Positions 48,909-63,380 are shown, counted from the first letter of the stretch. The stretch is 64,000 nucleotides of DNA from Lingula anatina (GCA_051362555.1 CM120643.1:9300001-9364000); one strand, 5' to 3'. Translations and numbers: made by a program. Notes: generated by a model from the sequence alone, not told the origin.

Positions 48909-51900
48909 ATTTCTTCTCTTTTTATTTAATTAATCAATGTTTTTTTTTTTTTTATTACACAGAGCACATTGTCTTGAAGGATATTTTAATGCTTCAACCT
49001 GGTGGACATACGTAGACATGTTGAGAATTATTGTCTTTGAAAAAATGAAACTAATTTTGAATTAGGTGATCAATGAAAAACATTGTGTACTTTGGATATT
49101 GCATTACAGGTATATATATATACAGAAAACTTCCTATGACAGGAAAATTTTTTTCTTTATTGAAAAGATGGATAAAAACATATTCATTGTAAAATAATAT
49201 TTTCGTTTTTGCTTTTATTGCCATATGCATGTTTTAGTATACTGAAAATATGTAAATAGATTTTTGTTGGAGTTTGAAGTGAACCTTAGTTTGTATATAC
49301 AGTGTAAAAGAGAGTGAACATACATGTAGTTGTAGTCTTAGGTATTTTTTTGCTGATAAGAGCGAAAGGTGGCAATTTAAATGATATGAAATATATGTAC
49401 ATCCATGGTGTAGATTTTGGTTAATATGCTTTGTGAACTTTCATTTTATTACTATTGTTTACTTAAAAAAAGTATTATGTAAACTTGATTGTTTTCATTT
49501 AAAGTGTTCAAATATGTTTTATAGATAATTTCTTATTCTGAATATCCATCACCATTGTATTATTTATTATGAGGCTGAGCACAGTATATATTCACTTTGC
49601 ATCAGTCGCATCTGAAACCAGACCAGGTGATGCACATAGCAGTAATAGAAAAAATGTCATAATAATTCAATGCTTGTTATTTTTTATTCATAGTCTGTGT
49701 CCAAAGAATTTTTTCACTTTTTTAAATACTGAGATTCCTTACCATTTTAGAAACCACATTATATTGTAGAGAAAAATCAGTTGGTAACCTGTGGACACAA
49801 AGCATGACAGTTGTTACTTGTAAGTAGATTGCTTTCTTTTAATACATTTTATCACTGAATTTTGCCACTGTTTTAAGAAAAGAACTTGAAATTTGATGTG
49901 TATATACAAAAAGTATTATATGCAGGTAATTGTATATGTATTTTGCTGGTAGTGGAAAGTGTAAACTGAGAAATATTAGAAAATATAGATAAATTGCAAC
50001 AAATGTGCATTGCAGGGATATGAAGAGGGATCCTTGCAGATCAATGTGCATGTGTGTTAGAACATTTAGAAAAGCCAAGAAGGTACTGATTTAAGTGTTT
50101 ATAGGTGTGTCTTTTTATTCAGCTGTAAATATATGCTGATAGTTTTTACGGTAATAACAAGAGGTGATGAAAAAATTACCAGTATATGCAGTATATGCTT
50201 ATATAGTTACTCAAAATTAGTGTTATTTGTCTCAGCATTGCTTAAGAGTAAGTATGCTCTATGGCAAGTAAGATTTGAAATATAAGACTTCCATCGATTG
50301 CAGTGAGCATCCTCAGCAAATATTAACACCATCTAACACATATATTGTATAAAGTGAAAACCTTTCAAAGACTTTGTTCAATGTTTCAAAAATGAAATGT
50401 GGTAACTTGACCATGAACTCTGTAGTTTAAAAGGATTTTAGTTGTTGTTATTTACAAATCTAAAGTGAATTTTTAAATTATAGAAGGGTCACGTTCAAGA
50501 TTATAATGCAGTGCAGCTGCTGATGTTAGAAGAATGCGTGTATAATTTGCGAAACATATTCTTCTAACATCAGCATCTGTTTAGTATATATAAAATAATA
50601 TATGTATAATTTTGGAGTTTTAGAGATGGTAAAATGCTAGTAAGAAGTATGCCACCTGTTCTGTATTCTATAGTATAATCAGAATTATTGCAGATAACCA
50701 GGTATAGATACTGACAAGTATACACAAAAGTTGGAGATCCAGCTGAGGGAGGGGGGGTGGGGGGGGGAGACAGATAACACTGGTGGTGGGAAACATTACC
50801 CAAGTTTTCAACCTTGAAGTACACGTACATTGTACCTCAGCTGGTATCTCCACTTTTTTGGGCGTTTAGGATGAGAACCATTCACTTGGCAAATATAATG
50901 TAAATGTAAACTGTAGATGAGGACAAATGTTTTTACTATATATTTCACTTGTTATATTCTTTTTTTAATGCTCTTTCTCTCTTTTTTCTTTTATTTTTGG
51001 GGTGGGTGGGCTCAGAGACAGGAAAACTGCCCATTTTTGCCTTATTTCATTCATTGTACCCTTTTCTTTCTCTGACTTTCATCTTTTTTTTATTTTGGAG
51101 GGGGGGGGGGTGTTCATCATGGGTTTGACCTGCATCGTTTGCAGGATTTACTCCTTATTATTGCTATATAAGGGGATAATATGTTAAGTAACCTACAATG
51201 TAGCAGGGTCCAAAAATGAGTATTCTTGCAATTTCAATTAAATTTAGAATAATATTTTAGTTGGATTGGATTCTTTGAAGAATTGGGGAAAAGTGAGGTA
51301 TTACTGACATATGTAAGTGCATTTTCCCTTAATTAATTGAGTGCAGAGGTTATGTAACTTTTCATTTTAATATAATTTTGGTTTTAGATTATGTAAGCTT
51401 TAACACAAAAAAAGAAAAGAAAATTAAGCTGTGTAGACATTTAGCTGGGAACATATGAAAATATTGGTATAGGGAATCATTTGAGTTAAATTAGATCATG
51501 ATATCTTGCACCCATCACATGGTACGTGTGGCTGGTCTAAGATAATATCAAAGGAACAGGTAGTTCTGCCCTAGCTTGTGTAGGTTCAGGGTACTTTAAC
51601 TACCAGTATCAGATATTACATTGAGGGAAGCTGGGGGGGTGGGGCATCCCTGGCTATAACTGTACTATGTATGTAGGCATAGGGGTGGAAATTGCTTGTT
51701 TTGATATTGATTGGTTTGGTTTATTTTGTGCTCATTAGACCTATTTGTGTGTGTGTACGAGGGAGGTGGGGGCTTAGTTAATTGCAAACTAAATTCAGTT
51801 TTGTTTTCTGTGTGCATTACACAATTCCTGGAAATGTCTTAGTTGTGCCTTGGATGGTAAGCTTATTGCTGTAACACCTGAAATCATTTGGGACCCCTTC

Positions 51901-52041
51901 CCAAATTAGAAAAGGGAGAAAAACAGTCAAATTCAGATATTGCTTGAAGACCATGTCTTGCACTTTGCAAGTCCAGTAAATTTTTGTCTTGCACACGACA
52001 AAATGATGTCTAATAATTCTTTATAATTTGTTAACTTTAAT

Positions 52042-52245
52042 CAGGGGAGAATCCAGGATTAGTTGAAGGGGGTGCGCTAAAGTCACCCCAAGAGTTTTGG
52101 TATTTTAGAAGGAAAATGGTGCCATTTGGTACCGTTTAGAACTATGATTCAGCTAATCAAAATTCTAATTTGAAAGGGGGACCATTGGTGTGATTTTTTT
52201 TCCAGAAATCGAAGGGGGGGACCTTCCAAAAAAAATCCACCGCTG
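52042..52245. mobile_element. CAGGGG...CTG family MITE, 6-bp TSD TTTAAT
   Basis: TTTAAT|CAGGGGAGAATCCAGG ... ATCCACCGCTG|TTTAAT, with shared internal tttagaactatgattcagcta. Confidence 0.75.
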
Positions 52246-53282
52246 TTTAATTATCTGTCATTTTAATATTGACTGTCAGTTATTATTATAAAACATACTG
52301 CTTCTTGTGTAAAGTTAGTTTTTAGTACAATTACAGTTAACTGCAACATTATCAAGTTACATATAGACTAGCATCTCCACTCACCTGATTTGGTGAATGA
52401 TGTTTAAAAAAGTTCCGTCAGCTTGATTGATTATTGAGATCAAAAGGTCTTTCGTCACAAACTAGCAAAGACTCCAAATCTACAGTTATGATACTACTAA
52501 CATTTGAGAAAAAACATACAAAGAGTGTTCAGGAAAGATTGCAATACCATTTTAACATTTAAAACGTTTATACCACACTGAACTGGAAGATGGATATATG
52601 AGATAGATACACTCCCCCTGCACCTGTGTGATGCCCTGTTAGTACCAGTGCTGCAGCACTTCACAACGCTACCTTTGTCACACTGAGACTGATAAAAATG
52701 GCTTGTATAAATAAAACTTGTGAGAAATAAGATTTTTTACGTTTGTGACCAAAGAGCCGTTGAACTCTCTTATCTGTAATTTTTCTGTAATTGAGGCAAA
52801 TTAAGGTTTAGAGCATCATGATTTAGTCAAGATGGCACCTCTGTTCATCTGATTTTTATAAAATGTTTAAAAGATGTCTTATTGAATGAATTTCTACAAT
52901 AAAATTTTGGTGAAATTCCATGTTTTGTTTTGAATTGATAAGTATATAGAGTAATTCAATTCAAAATACCTTCATTCATTTTTTATGTACAGACACAGGT
53001 GTGTCTGTACATATAGCCATCATCTCAGTCGTCAGCCGTGTAATTGGCTTATTTTTACAGTTAATCAGTTACACATTGCATCAAAATTGAGAAAAGTCCT
53101 ACTTCGTGCACTGTCATCACATACGTTATGGTAAAAAGAAACGGTGTTACTAATTATTTTTTAACTTACAAGAATGATTCTTAAGATTGACATTCAGCTC
53201 AAATAAAAAAAAAACAGCTCTAGTAGGGGGGGGGAGGGGTTAGAGATCCGTGTAGTATACGATTCGGGGCAGTATATTGATA

Positions 53283-53420
53283 CCCTCTACCAGGGGGCTG
53301 CAGTTATCATTGTGGACATTTTTGGCTGGAACGACATCAGACCAAAATGACTGTCTATTTATCTAGAGTCATAACTGTGAATATCTGTGGAAAATCAATC
53401 TGTCGCCCTGGAGGTGGATA
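53283..53420. mobile_element. CCCTCTACCAGGG family MITE (degenerate)
   Basis: TA|CCCTCTACCAGGG ... aaaatcaatctgtcgccctgg, similar to 57693-57814. Confidence 0.6.
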
Positions 53421-55736
53421 AGGAGGTGGAACGATGCGTGGACGCAGAAAGATAGCGCGCTCACCTTCAGCTGATTTGTCCACAAGTTAATTTTTGAATT
53501 CAGTTTTACCAGTAAATTAAAAGACAAGGTCGGGAATCAAATGCTGTGGTGGCCTATTTGTACTGAAATGCTGCATCTTGGACATTATATTATGTCCAAG
53601 GCTGCATTGACTTCTCTAAAGTTTAAAACCTCAACCCTTTATTCCTAAATGATCGCCTTGGTTTACAACAAGCAAATTAGTAATGCAGGCGGCCGTAAAC
53701 AACCTCTTTAGAGCAGGACCTTTTGTAGCCACAACCATCACTTCACAACATTTGTCAGATTTAAAGCTAAACATTGCTTATCTTCATCTGTAAAAAATAT
53801 GATTATTTTATCTTTCAAGTAAAAAAGTCTTAGCATTTTTCTGATCCAAAGCTATTCGTTACAATTTTTTCTGCTTGTTTTTAAGATTGAATGTTTTTCC
53901 TTCAGATGAATCACTTTCATTTTTTATGTTAAATTGAAAATAATTTTCACTTCAAACTTAAAATTAAAACGTTTTCCACTTTAAAGTTAAACAGCACAAA
54001 ATACTTTCCTGTTTGTCTTTGAATACCAGAAAATATCCAAGTAAAACAGTAACATTAATGTAATCTGTAGAAATAGTTTTCTCTTTAGTGCAAGAAACGA
54101 CAGTTTTATGATTGTTCAAAGTTAAACTGTACAGTTTTCATTTTTCTTGTTCGACTGTGAAAATCAGTTTTTCCTTGTTAAAATGAAACACCAACCTGAT
54201 ATGCAGAAGTATTTTATCTCTAGTGCAGGAAACACCAGTTTTACTTTCTGATTTAAGTTAAAATTTCCTGTTCATCTTTGATAATCAGAAATTTCCCAAT
54301 GAAAATGACAATTGTTTGCTCTTCTTAGCGCAATAAACAACAGTTATTATGTCTGTTTAAAGTTAAACAGTGCAGTATTTTTTTCTGTTCGTCGTTGAAT
54401 ATCAGAAATTTCGTAGCGTCTTAATATTGAAAATATTGTTGTTACATGTTATAGAACCATCAATTCAAGAAAACACAGGTCATATGGATTACATTCACAT
54501 TATTTTTAGCACTAAATATGCAATCTCAGTGTACACGGTGGTAATTAACAAACTCTCTGTTACATTGATAAGCACATCTAGTGCGTTAACGACAATTTGA
54601 AAAGACTAAATTAAGAATTAATGCTTATCAATGCAGATATAAACACCACAAACAGAGCTGCGTAATACGCTTTCACGTGGAGCTTGTAGGTTGATAGAAT
54701 CGGCAAACATCCATGCTTCATGACATTCTGTTGGATTTACAGCTCGACAAAGTAAGTGCACATATTTTACGTCTCCGTGTCCAGAAGATATTGGTTTTTA
54801 GATAAAAATGTCAGTCAATTTAACATTTTAATGTGTTGTAAAGCAATTTATTATCTTCATTTTACCGTTGTTTGAGAACCTTTTTTCCTAAATTATCCTG
54901 CTTGAAATGAATGACTTGAACTATGTATGGATTGGTTATTGAGTTGTAAATGGAGATTGTCTGATATGATAATATTTTCAGATGATTTAACTGGCACTGT
55001 AGGAGGGTATGTGTAGGTTTACGTGTTCTAAACTTATAACTTTACAATTTCTACACAAGATTGAGCTGTACCTCACAAAGATTTCAATTAGTCTGTGGCC
55101 TTCTTCAGTTGTTGAAAACATTAATTTACTTTTATCTAAAATTTTCTGACATAAGGATGTCCTCTCCCGTCTAGCACTCCAAATTACATAGTCATCACAA
55201 TGTAATATAAAGTTTATGTTAAGGTCAAACGGATGCGCGTCTTTCAAAGCTTGTGTATACACATGTTACGTCAACCAATATAAGCGCCTCCATTTTAGTG
55301 AAGTAAAACACATAAAACAAATAAAAATAGTTAAAAAACAGATGATACAAAACAATCTGCCACATTCTGCCATTTTTAACTACCTCTCGCGTCCTTCTAT
55401 TACTACTGTTGTTGAACTAGACCTTCTACCTCTGATTATACCTGGTAGGTCCACTACTAGTAATAATAATGTTAGGGCCTATTATTAAAAGTTATCTAAA
55501 ATCAAAGCAACCAAAAGGTTGAAGTTATACAAATATATATGATTCGAAATAAAAATGAAAAAGAATTGATTTATGCATTTTAAAAGATCAATAAATGCAC
55601 ACCCAGGTCCCTAAACGCTAGTTATATATATAAAATAAAAGTGTTGTGGAGCCTTCTTCAAAGAGACAAATTTAAAATGATGATACATGTACGGAGCAGT
55701 TCAATTTTGCCACATTGAAGTTTGATTGCGTGTTTT

Positions 55737-55970
55737 AAGGGGGGTCCGGGAATGCGAAGCCCACCTCCCTCCCTCCTCCCTCCCCCCCCCCCCCCTTTTT
55801 GGGTTTGGGGCCCGAAAACTTTGGTATTTTAGAGGGTGAACGGTACCATTTGGTACGGTTTAGAACTATGATTCAGCTAGTCGAAATTCTAATTTTAAGA
55901 GGGGACCAGAAATCGAAGGGGATGGGGGTGGGGGTCAAGACCCCCTGACCCCTTTCTAAATCCGCCACTG
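55737..55970. mobile_element. CAGTGGCGG family MITE, one end degraded
   Basis: Ends ...CTAAATCCGCCACTG; the internal sequence is the reverse complement of 62892-63148. Confidence 0.7.
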
Positions 55971-56531
55971 CAATTTATAGTTTCCTCTGCCACTCTTAAT
56001 TTTCCGAAAGAAAGATTTGATGGCCGTATCCAAGAGTTTTCGAACATGCATGACTACATTTACCCGGTGTCAGAGTAGCGACATTAGATGAACTGGAAAA
56101 TATATAATTCTGACTAAAACTCAACAGTGCTACTTGGGGAGACAGTGCCCACAAGTTCAAAATTACTGAGAAAAATAGGAAAAATAAAGGAGAAATTAAA
56201 TCAGCTCATGCCTTAGAATTTCCGGATCCCTTGCAATTTAGACTGCACAAACCGAAATAACTTTCACCTAGAAGCACAAGGGAACAATGACCGTACTTGC
56301 TATTTCATTTTTTTTTCCATTTCATTTGAAAACTTAAAGGATTAGTTGCACTAGAGCCTCCATTTTTTTCCTGTTCAATATTTTACATTTTTTCCATTCA
56401 CGGTTCAATTCACGGTGTTTAAATCTCATCACGTGTTTTTGTCATTTTTTTCAAACTGTAACATGTTTTAACTTTACCTTTCAGTTTGATTTTCTCAAGT
56501 TGGCGCCTATTGAGTACACCTTGACATACAC

Positions 56532-56616
56532 CAGTGGCGGATTTAGAGGGGGGTTCAAGGAGGTCCGGACTCCCCCCCCCCTCCCCCCCCTTCAAATAAT
56601 CCTGGATCCGCCCCTG
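56532..56616. mobile_element. Internally deleted CAGTGGCGG...CCGCCCCTG MITE (85 bp)
   Basis: Both TIRs are intact and the centre is missing. Confidence 0.75.
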
Positions 56617-57390
56617 AGTACACTTAACATCAAGAGTGTCCAATACTGAACTTTCTAATTAGCGTACCCTGTCAGAGAAGAAAATTATTTCAATATAAAT
56701 AGCTGTTGATTGAAGAAAAAATTACTTTATTCTTAGTGTACACTGTGCATCAAGTATCAATGCGGTTAATAGATGTTATATTTTGCCGTAATAGTACTAG
56801 GCCCTACTACGACAAAATGGCATCTATTACCCGCATTGAAGCTGTTAATGTTATCAGTGTGATGAAAAGCTATATAATATTATGTATATGTGTAAATATG
56901 AGACCTACGAGAAAGCACTGTTTTGGTTTTATCATATCTAAGTAGGCCAATGTTATATATTTATCTTCGATATTTTTAATATGAGACAATCTTGATAATC
57001 CCTACTGTAGACCTATATCCAGTTACAGTAAATAAATGTATTTAACAGAGTCGGGAGCGTTCCAGTATACCTTTTTGAAAAGCTTCGTAATCCAGTAGAC
57101 TGCCAAAAAAGGGGTATGTTTACTTATTTGGATTAAAAATACTATTAAAAATTTTTCTTGGTTTTTTCACAATAGTTTGATGATTCACATTCTTTAAGTT
57201 TTGAAATGTTTATATGTAGGTTTACGCTCATCATATATTTATAACCATCTGGAGCTATCATGAGACGATGAGTAATTTCAATCGAAACGCAGACTTTTAC
57301 TTAAAATGTACAACACTGAAAATGCACATACCCCATTAGATATGGATATATTTACATTGTGTACATGTGTCATATTGATATGTACACGTA

Positions 57391-57490
57391 CCCTCTACCA
57401 GGGCGAGTGATAGTTTTTTTTACAGATATTCACAGAGATGTCTCTAGCTAGATCGATGGTCATTTAGGGCTCACTCGCCCTGGTAGAGAG
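57391..57490. mobile_element. CCCTCTACCAGGG family MITE, TA TSD
   Basis: TA|CCCTCTACCAGGGCGAGTGA ... TCACTCGCCCTGGTAGAGAG|TA. Confidence 0.8.
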
Positions 57491-57692
57491 TAATGTAGGC
57501 CTACACGTAGGCCAGAGCACAAGTGCGTGTGACACACACTACCTCTGCATGAAAACAATAGTGTTCAACATCAAATTAGGGACGAGATCGATTTCAATGT
57601 TTTCCTTCGTGTTGAGGCATTCAGACCATCTTTCAGTGCGTCTGTCAGTGTATAGGGCCTATAACTTATGTGCCTGTGCTTCAATTTCTTCA

Positions 57693-57814
57693 CCCTATAC
57701 CAGGGTGGCAAATATTATATAGGCACATTTTCGAGTTTTCACAGTTAGGACATTGTCCATATTTAACCAGAGCTAATATCTAGTGAAAAATCAATCTGTG
57801 ACCCTGGTAGAGGC
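57693..57814. mobile_element. CCCTCTACCAGGG family MITE
   Basis: CCCTATACCAGGGTGGCA ... TGTGACCCTGGTAGAGGC|TA. Confidence 0.7.
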
Positions 57815-58570
57815 TACAACTCCTTCCACTTTTAATCGGTTATTTGATTATCTAATTTCAGTTTATATAACAGCGGGCTAAGCGTTGACACATTGAAACA
57901 GCGTTACTACATGTATTACTCTGATTTCGTTTCCGGTGCATTCGCCCTTTTTGCTCTGTCTATCAAAGGTCCCATTCAAATTATTTTCCTGGTAGGCCTA
58001 AGCCTACAAGTTCCGTGAAACACTAATTTCAGTGTAGTTCAAAACAAGGAACTCAATTCGTTATATTTCAATTTCCCCACGCCCCCTCGCTAAAATGACC
58101 AGTGCAAACAGAACCCTCTGTGAGTAATCCGTACGCCTACAATATACATGTAGTGTTCCTTACAATGGACCCAATGGAGCGCAAATATTGAGAATACCGC
58201 ACACTCATGCGACGGCGTCATATCGCCAGAATAGGGTCGACCATGTCATCTTTGTTATATGTATATTTAGCGTACTCATCGGTGTAGCCTTGAATCATGT
58301 GCACCCTGATGCTAATATCAATATCAACAGGCAGCGCGATTAGATAGTTTTGTAACTCGCGTTGAGGATTATCTACGTTTACTTCACGACACAGAAATAT
58401 TGCATACGTGACTCCGCTGGTGACTGTCAACTGGCGATTCGCGTCAGCTTCTCTTAATTCTACGTTAAGGAATCGTTTTTAGAACATTTTCACCTCCAGG
58501 TAAGTGGATATTTAAAGCAAGAGTGTGTGTGCGTACGTGTGTGTGTGTGTGTACGTGTGTGTGTGTGTAC

Positions 58571-58613
<43 letters not shown>

Positions 58614-59080
58614 TAGAGTTATTCCATTGATTTATATTTGGGCTTTACCATTAAATGAGACTGGTTAAGTTGGCATTCCAGGTAAGTTTATATACCTGTT
58701 ATAATCCAATGTAAATAATAGGAGAAACCCCCCAAACTCAGTAGGCCTACGCTCAATGCACAAGATTAACAAAGACTTCGATGACCAGACATATCCCTCT
58801 AGCTGTCACAGGATATAGTGTTTGCATTCCTCTATATCTTTAAGCCGTGTACTCCAAACAGAGCTCTGAGATGTTTTTCATTTGGAACCTCCAGCCGCCC
58901 CCCCCCCCCGACTGCCCCCCCCCCCCCCCCCCCCCCCCACAGCCCCATATCATGTCGTATAGCTCTGTTGATAAGATCATTTATTTCGATAAACGATACA
59001 GGTGCTTGGGGGGGGGGGGGGGAGACTTATGTAGAATGTCCTCAAGCAGAGCTAGTGAGACTTATTACAGTGTAACTTCT

Positions 59081-59131
<51 letters not shown>

Positions 59132-60092
59132 TTTTTTGCACACACAGATTTGCTCTGAGGTTTGTTATTGAGCCCTGAGATTTGTTACATTCGGAACTTC
59201 TTTATCTCACCCCACCTCAACTCTGTTGATATAATCATTTATTTCGATAAACGATAAGGGTGTTGGGGAGGGGGTCAAGACTTATGTAATATGCCCTCAC
59301 TGATTACAGTATAACCTCTATATTTTAATTGTTTTTTTTATTTTTTCCTTGCACACATAGATACATACATACAAGCCAGGTACTGCATGAATACTAGAGG
59401 TCTTCTAACGTTAGCTGTCTCAAAATAATATATAGGTCCCAGGACATAGCGTTTTGTCGGTTTTGTTACCGCTAGAAAATCTCAGGGGGGGGGGGGGAGA
59501 GAAGATGCCAAGACCCAATGTTATATCCCAACACCAAAATATATATACCACAGTTTGTAGATATAGCGTTGCATTCATAAAAATATTTTGGTTGATTGAC
59601 CTAGTTTGTAAGTTGAGGATCGAATGTATCAAGTCTCATTCACCCTACTTATTTCATTCATTTCTATTGCCTCAAATTCAAAGCGAACTCTTTTTTTATT
59701 TCTCGTTTATCAATATGTTTCTTCATGCAGCGCTATTTTCTTCCCCTTGTATCAAGCACAAACGTTATATGGATTCTTTCCTTTTAGTTGTGTATATGTC
59801 TTCCCAGTTGAATTTATTATGTGTTTCACGTTTATCATGGGCCCTTTATCATCACCGTATCAGGTTTTTAATTCATGGGGATAAGATTCCGCCGTGAATG
59901 GCCACATTGTAGCTTACATACCATTCTTAACGATCACGAAAGAGTTGGACGCTGGACACACGGTGACAAAGTTCTCGTATTATCAGAGCACTTTAAAATT
60001 TGCGTTTCACTTAAGTGTGGTGCAGCGTTGCCAACCGACGTGTTTAAGTATCCCCACATTCCAAAACGTGGATAGAATCACTATTTATATTA

Positions 60093-60265
60093 GAGCGCAT
60101 TCACAACAGCGGACTAACAGATCAGCGGATCAAATATGGCAACCCACTAAAAAAATTGCCGCTGAATTCCTAATTAGATTCCCCGCCGGTATTACGCAAC
60201 AGGGATTCAATGGGTCGGCCATATTTGATCCGCGGATCTCTTAGTCCGCTGTTCTGAATGCGCTC
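60093..60265. mobile_element. PIF/Harbinger-like MITE with ~55-bp TIRs, TTA TSD
   Basis: TTA|GAGCGCATTCACAACAGCGGACTAA ... TTAGTCCGCTGTTCTGAATGCGCTC|TTA. Confidence 0.85.
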
Positions 60266-60349
60266 TTAGACTGTGTCAGGCACTGATTGAAGTTTTTGTG
60301 GTGTGAACTAACAGGTATGTTTGCAATGTGAATATTTCAGGCTTGAAAC

Positions 60350-62006
60350 ATGGGGTGTATCCAATCCAAGGAGAGAGAAACAACCGGGAAAAGCGACCCG
60401 AAGAAATTAACAAGTGACGTCACACATGACGTCAGCTCGAGTCGTGTGTGTTCAACTCTCCCGCCAAACTCGCAGCCGCCACGTGAAAAAGTGAAACAAG
60501 CTGCCACTACAACTACCACTGTGCAACACCCTACGCTAGAACGCATGTCTAACACGGAGGATTTTACTTCGGCTCTGAACATGTTTAAAGAAATGGAAGC
60601 TCGAGCTTTCAGGGTAAGGACATTTTTGCTGTTTCTGCCACCTCGGCTCTCCTTGAATGTCAGTCCCTTTGTCATTTATTAAATTTTTATTTCAGCACTG
60701 TGAAACTAATGGGAGAGCTTTCGTGTTCTTCTGCTGTACAGCGGAGCAGCTGGTCTTTTATTGGTGACTCTCTTAGAATGCATTTAACATAAACTGAGAA
60801 TGTCCGTTTATAAACATGTAGGAACAATAAACAACATCATCATGATATAAAGCATAATTCCAGTTAAATAGAACTCGGGCGTTTTTTTTTTTTTTTTTTT
60901 TTTTTTTTATCATATATAAAACAATGCATGCTTGGTGTATATAGAGAAATGCTATACATGTACAATTTTCGTTACAAATTGGGAATAAAAGCGGAACATC
61001 GAGTGTTTAGAACCCAACAAAGTAAATTAACTGGCAGATATATCTTATTTATTGTGCATAAAGGTGACAGGCACTATCTATGACGTAACTATGACGTAAC
61101 TGGCCTTTGGTCCTGTCATTTGATTTAACAGCACATCAAAGCGCTGGCCGTGTGAAGTAAGAATAGCATGTACGTTTTAATGAAACCATTTATCAGATAA
61201 AATCTGCTCAAGTTAACTTGCCGATTTTGGAAGCTTTAGCGTTTGTGGGTCACTTAGAATAGTCACTTAATCAACTTAAGAATAATATTTACCCTGATAA
61301 CATTATTCAAAAGTACTTTGGATATATCTAGTAGCAGCAATTTATGAATGTAAATAGTCCAGTGATACGCATGTGATAGTTGGGCAAATATTTTGTGATA
61401 AAAAAATACAGGTAAAAAATGCCAAGTGTTGTGTAAAAACAAGGGGTTACGCAGTCAAAAATGTAGTCAAAAATGTATTTCAGTCTGGACACGACCGTAA
61501 CTCAACGGCAAACAAAACTGAAACAATTTAAAATATTACAGAAACACTCACTTATTATTACTTTTAAAGCAAACTCAAGCAAACAAACAACACCGAAACA
61601 ATATCACAGAAACACTATCATTTACCACTTTCAAAATTATCAAAATTATTCCGTGTGTGTTTCAGCAACTGAGCAGGAAGGGCCGCAGTAGACGTAGCGG
61701 CACGCGTCCTTTCCGAGGAGTAAGACGGCTGGTTAGAACTACAGAGGTAGAAGAGGAAGATGAAGGGGAGAAGGATGGTGAGGACGACGATGACGATGAA
61801 GAAGAGGATGATCTGGCACCTCAGGCAGTTAAAGGAGCAAGGACCGCTGATGTTAATCAACTTGTTATAGAGCTGACAGGTAAAGGTTTTATTTCAAGCA
61901 TAATCTAGGTTGGGGGTAGAGCGATGGAGAATTGATTGTTTGGCCTTTTGGCACTCAGTTTTTGTATCCTCATTCTGGAGTAGATATTTCAAAGGCTTGA
62001 GGAGAG

Positions 62007-62043
<37 letters not shown>

Positions 62044-62313
62044 AAAGTGAATGCAGTTTGTATTGCATTTTACAGGAGAAAAAAGTCAGCCACCCACTAC
62101 AAAGGAGGAAAAATACATGACACGTGTCAACGTCCAATTGGACAACAAGACAGGTACGCCGAAAGTAGCACCAGGCACGCGTGAAGCACCTTCTCCGGCC
62201 CCGCCTAAACTTCGCAGGAAAGATCTTATCAATGATCAGAATACCCTGAAGAATATTGATGATCATGCTGCAGTTGTAAGTGTATCATAATAATAATAAT
62301 AATAATAATAATA

Positions 62314-62344
<31 letters not shown>

Positions 62345-63302
62345 TTTTTAAATTAACTGCTGTTGTTTTCGTAAGGTGAGCTTCGGCTATTTGACAACAA
62401 ATTACATGCTATATTTTGTACCAAAATTTATTTTAAAATAAAGCTGTTATTATAAATATTATTATTTATTTATGTTTTATTTTTTATTTGCTCTATCTGT
62501 GAAATGTGAAATCGGGGCATAACGATATATTTCTATTTCAAGGCCCCAGTGTCTGCCTGTACTTCCCTTCCCGCTCTAGTCCAGTACCTTTCGCGTCCGT
62601 GTTCTAACGATTTACAGCGAGCGAGGGCGTTCTACCGTTGGATCACAGGAAATATCAGGTTTGTATTATACAAACGCCGATTGTCACAAGAGATAAAATA
62701 TAAATGAATAAATGGAAACAATAAAAAACAAAATGCTGAAAAAATGTTTTTTTTTTTTTAATGAAAGTTGCATATCTTGTATTATTTTGTGATGATATGT
62801 AGTGCAGCGGTTACTTCACCCACCACTGTAAATCACACATTGTATACGCAGCAGTTTGAAGCCAATTCATCGCTGTAACATGTACCTTCTACAGTGGCAG
62901 ATTTAGAGGGGGGTCAGGGGGGGTCCTGACACCCCCACCCCCTTCGATTTCTGGACCCCTCTTGAAATTAGAATTTTGACTAGATGAATCATGGTTCTAA
63001 ACCGTGCCAAATAACACCGTTCGCCCTCTAAAATACTAAAATTTCTCGGGGCCCTTTATCGGACCCCGAATCCCACGCCAAGTTTTTTGGGTGTAGGGGA
63101 GGTATCGGTTTCGCACGCTCCCTTCAAATATTCCTTGATCCGCCCCTGCTTCAACATGTAGTATTCTGTGTCTCTTCAGCTACGCCGTCTCCAGCTACCG
63201 CTCTGGGAGCTACAAGTACAAAGACAACTCAGCGGAGGCAGTTTTCCGCAGACGCCGCTGCGTGTGCGCTGGATATGCTAGAATATTCAAGGAAATGTGC
63301 AG
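60350..63302 (+). CDS. Kyphoscoliosis peptidase / hillarin-like transglutaminase-like protein, 3'-partial
   Basis: Exons 60350-60613, 61666-61879, 62076-62275, 62543-62658 and 63180-63302 join in frame. They encode IDDHA...SLPALVQYLSRPCSNDLQRARAFYRWITGNISY...AEAVFRRRRCVCAGYARIFKEMC, typical of the KY/Cyk3 transglutaminase-like core, with catalytic Cys in VCAGYA. The gene continues beyond the window. Confidence 0.88.
62892..63148. mobile_element. Full-length CAGTGGC...CCGCCCCTG family MITE in KY-like intron
   Basis: Both TIRs present; flanks CTTCTA / CTTCAA. Confidence 0.8.
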
Positions 63303-63337
63303 GTTTGTGAACCAATTATTGGTCAACGTTTTTATGT

Positions 63338-63380
<43 letters not shown>

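Noticed and set aside
53880-54430. Degenerate AT-rich periodic sequence; also short local duplications at 34090/34551 and 58960/59220
   Set aside because: Old, decayed local duplications with no definable unit, termini or coding signal.
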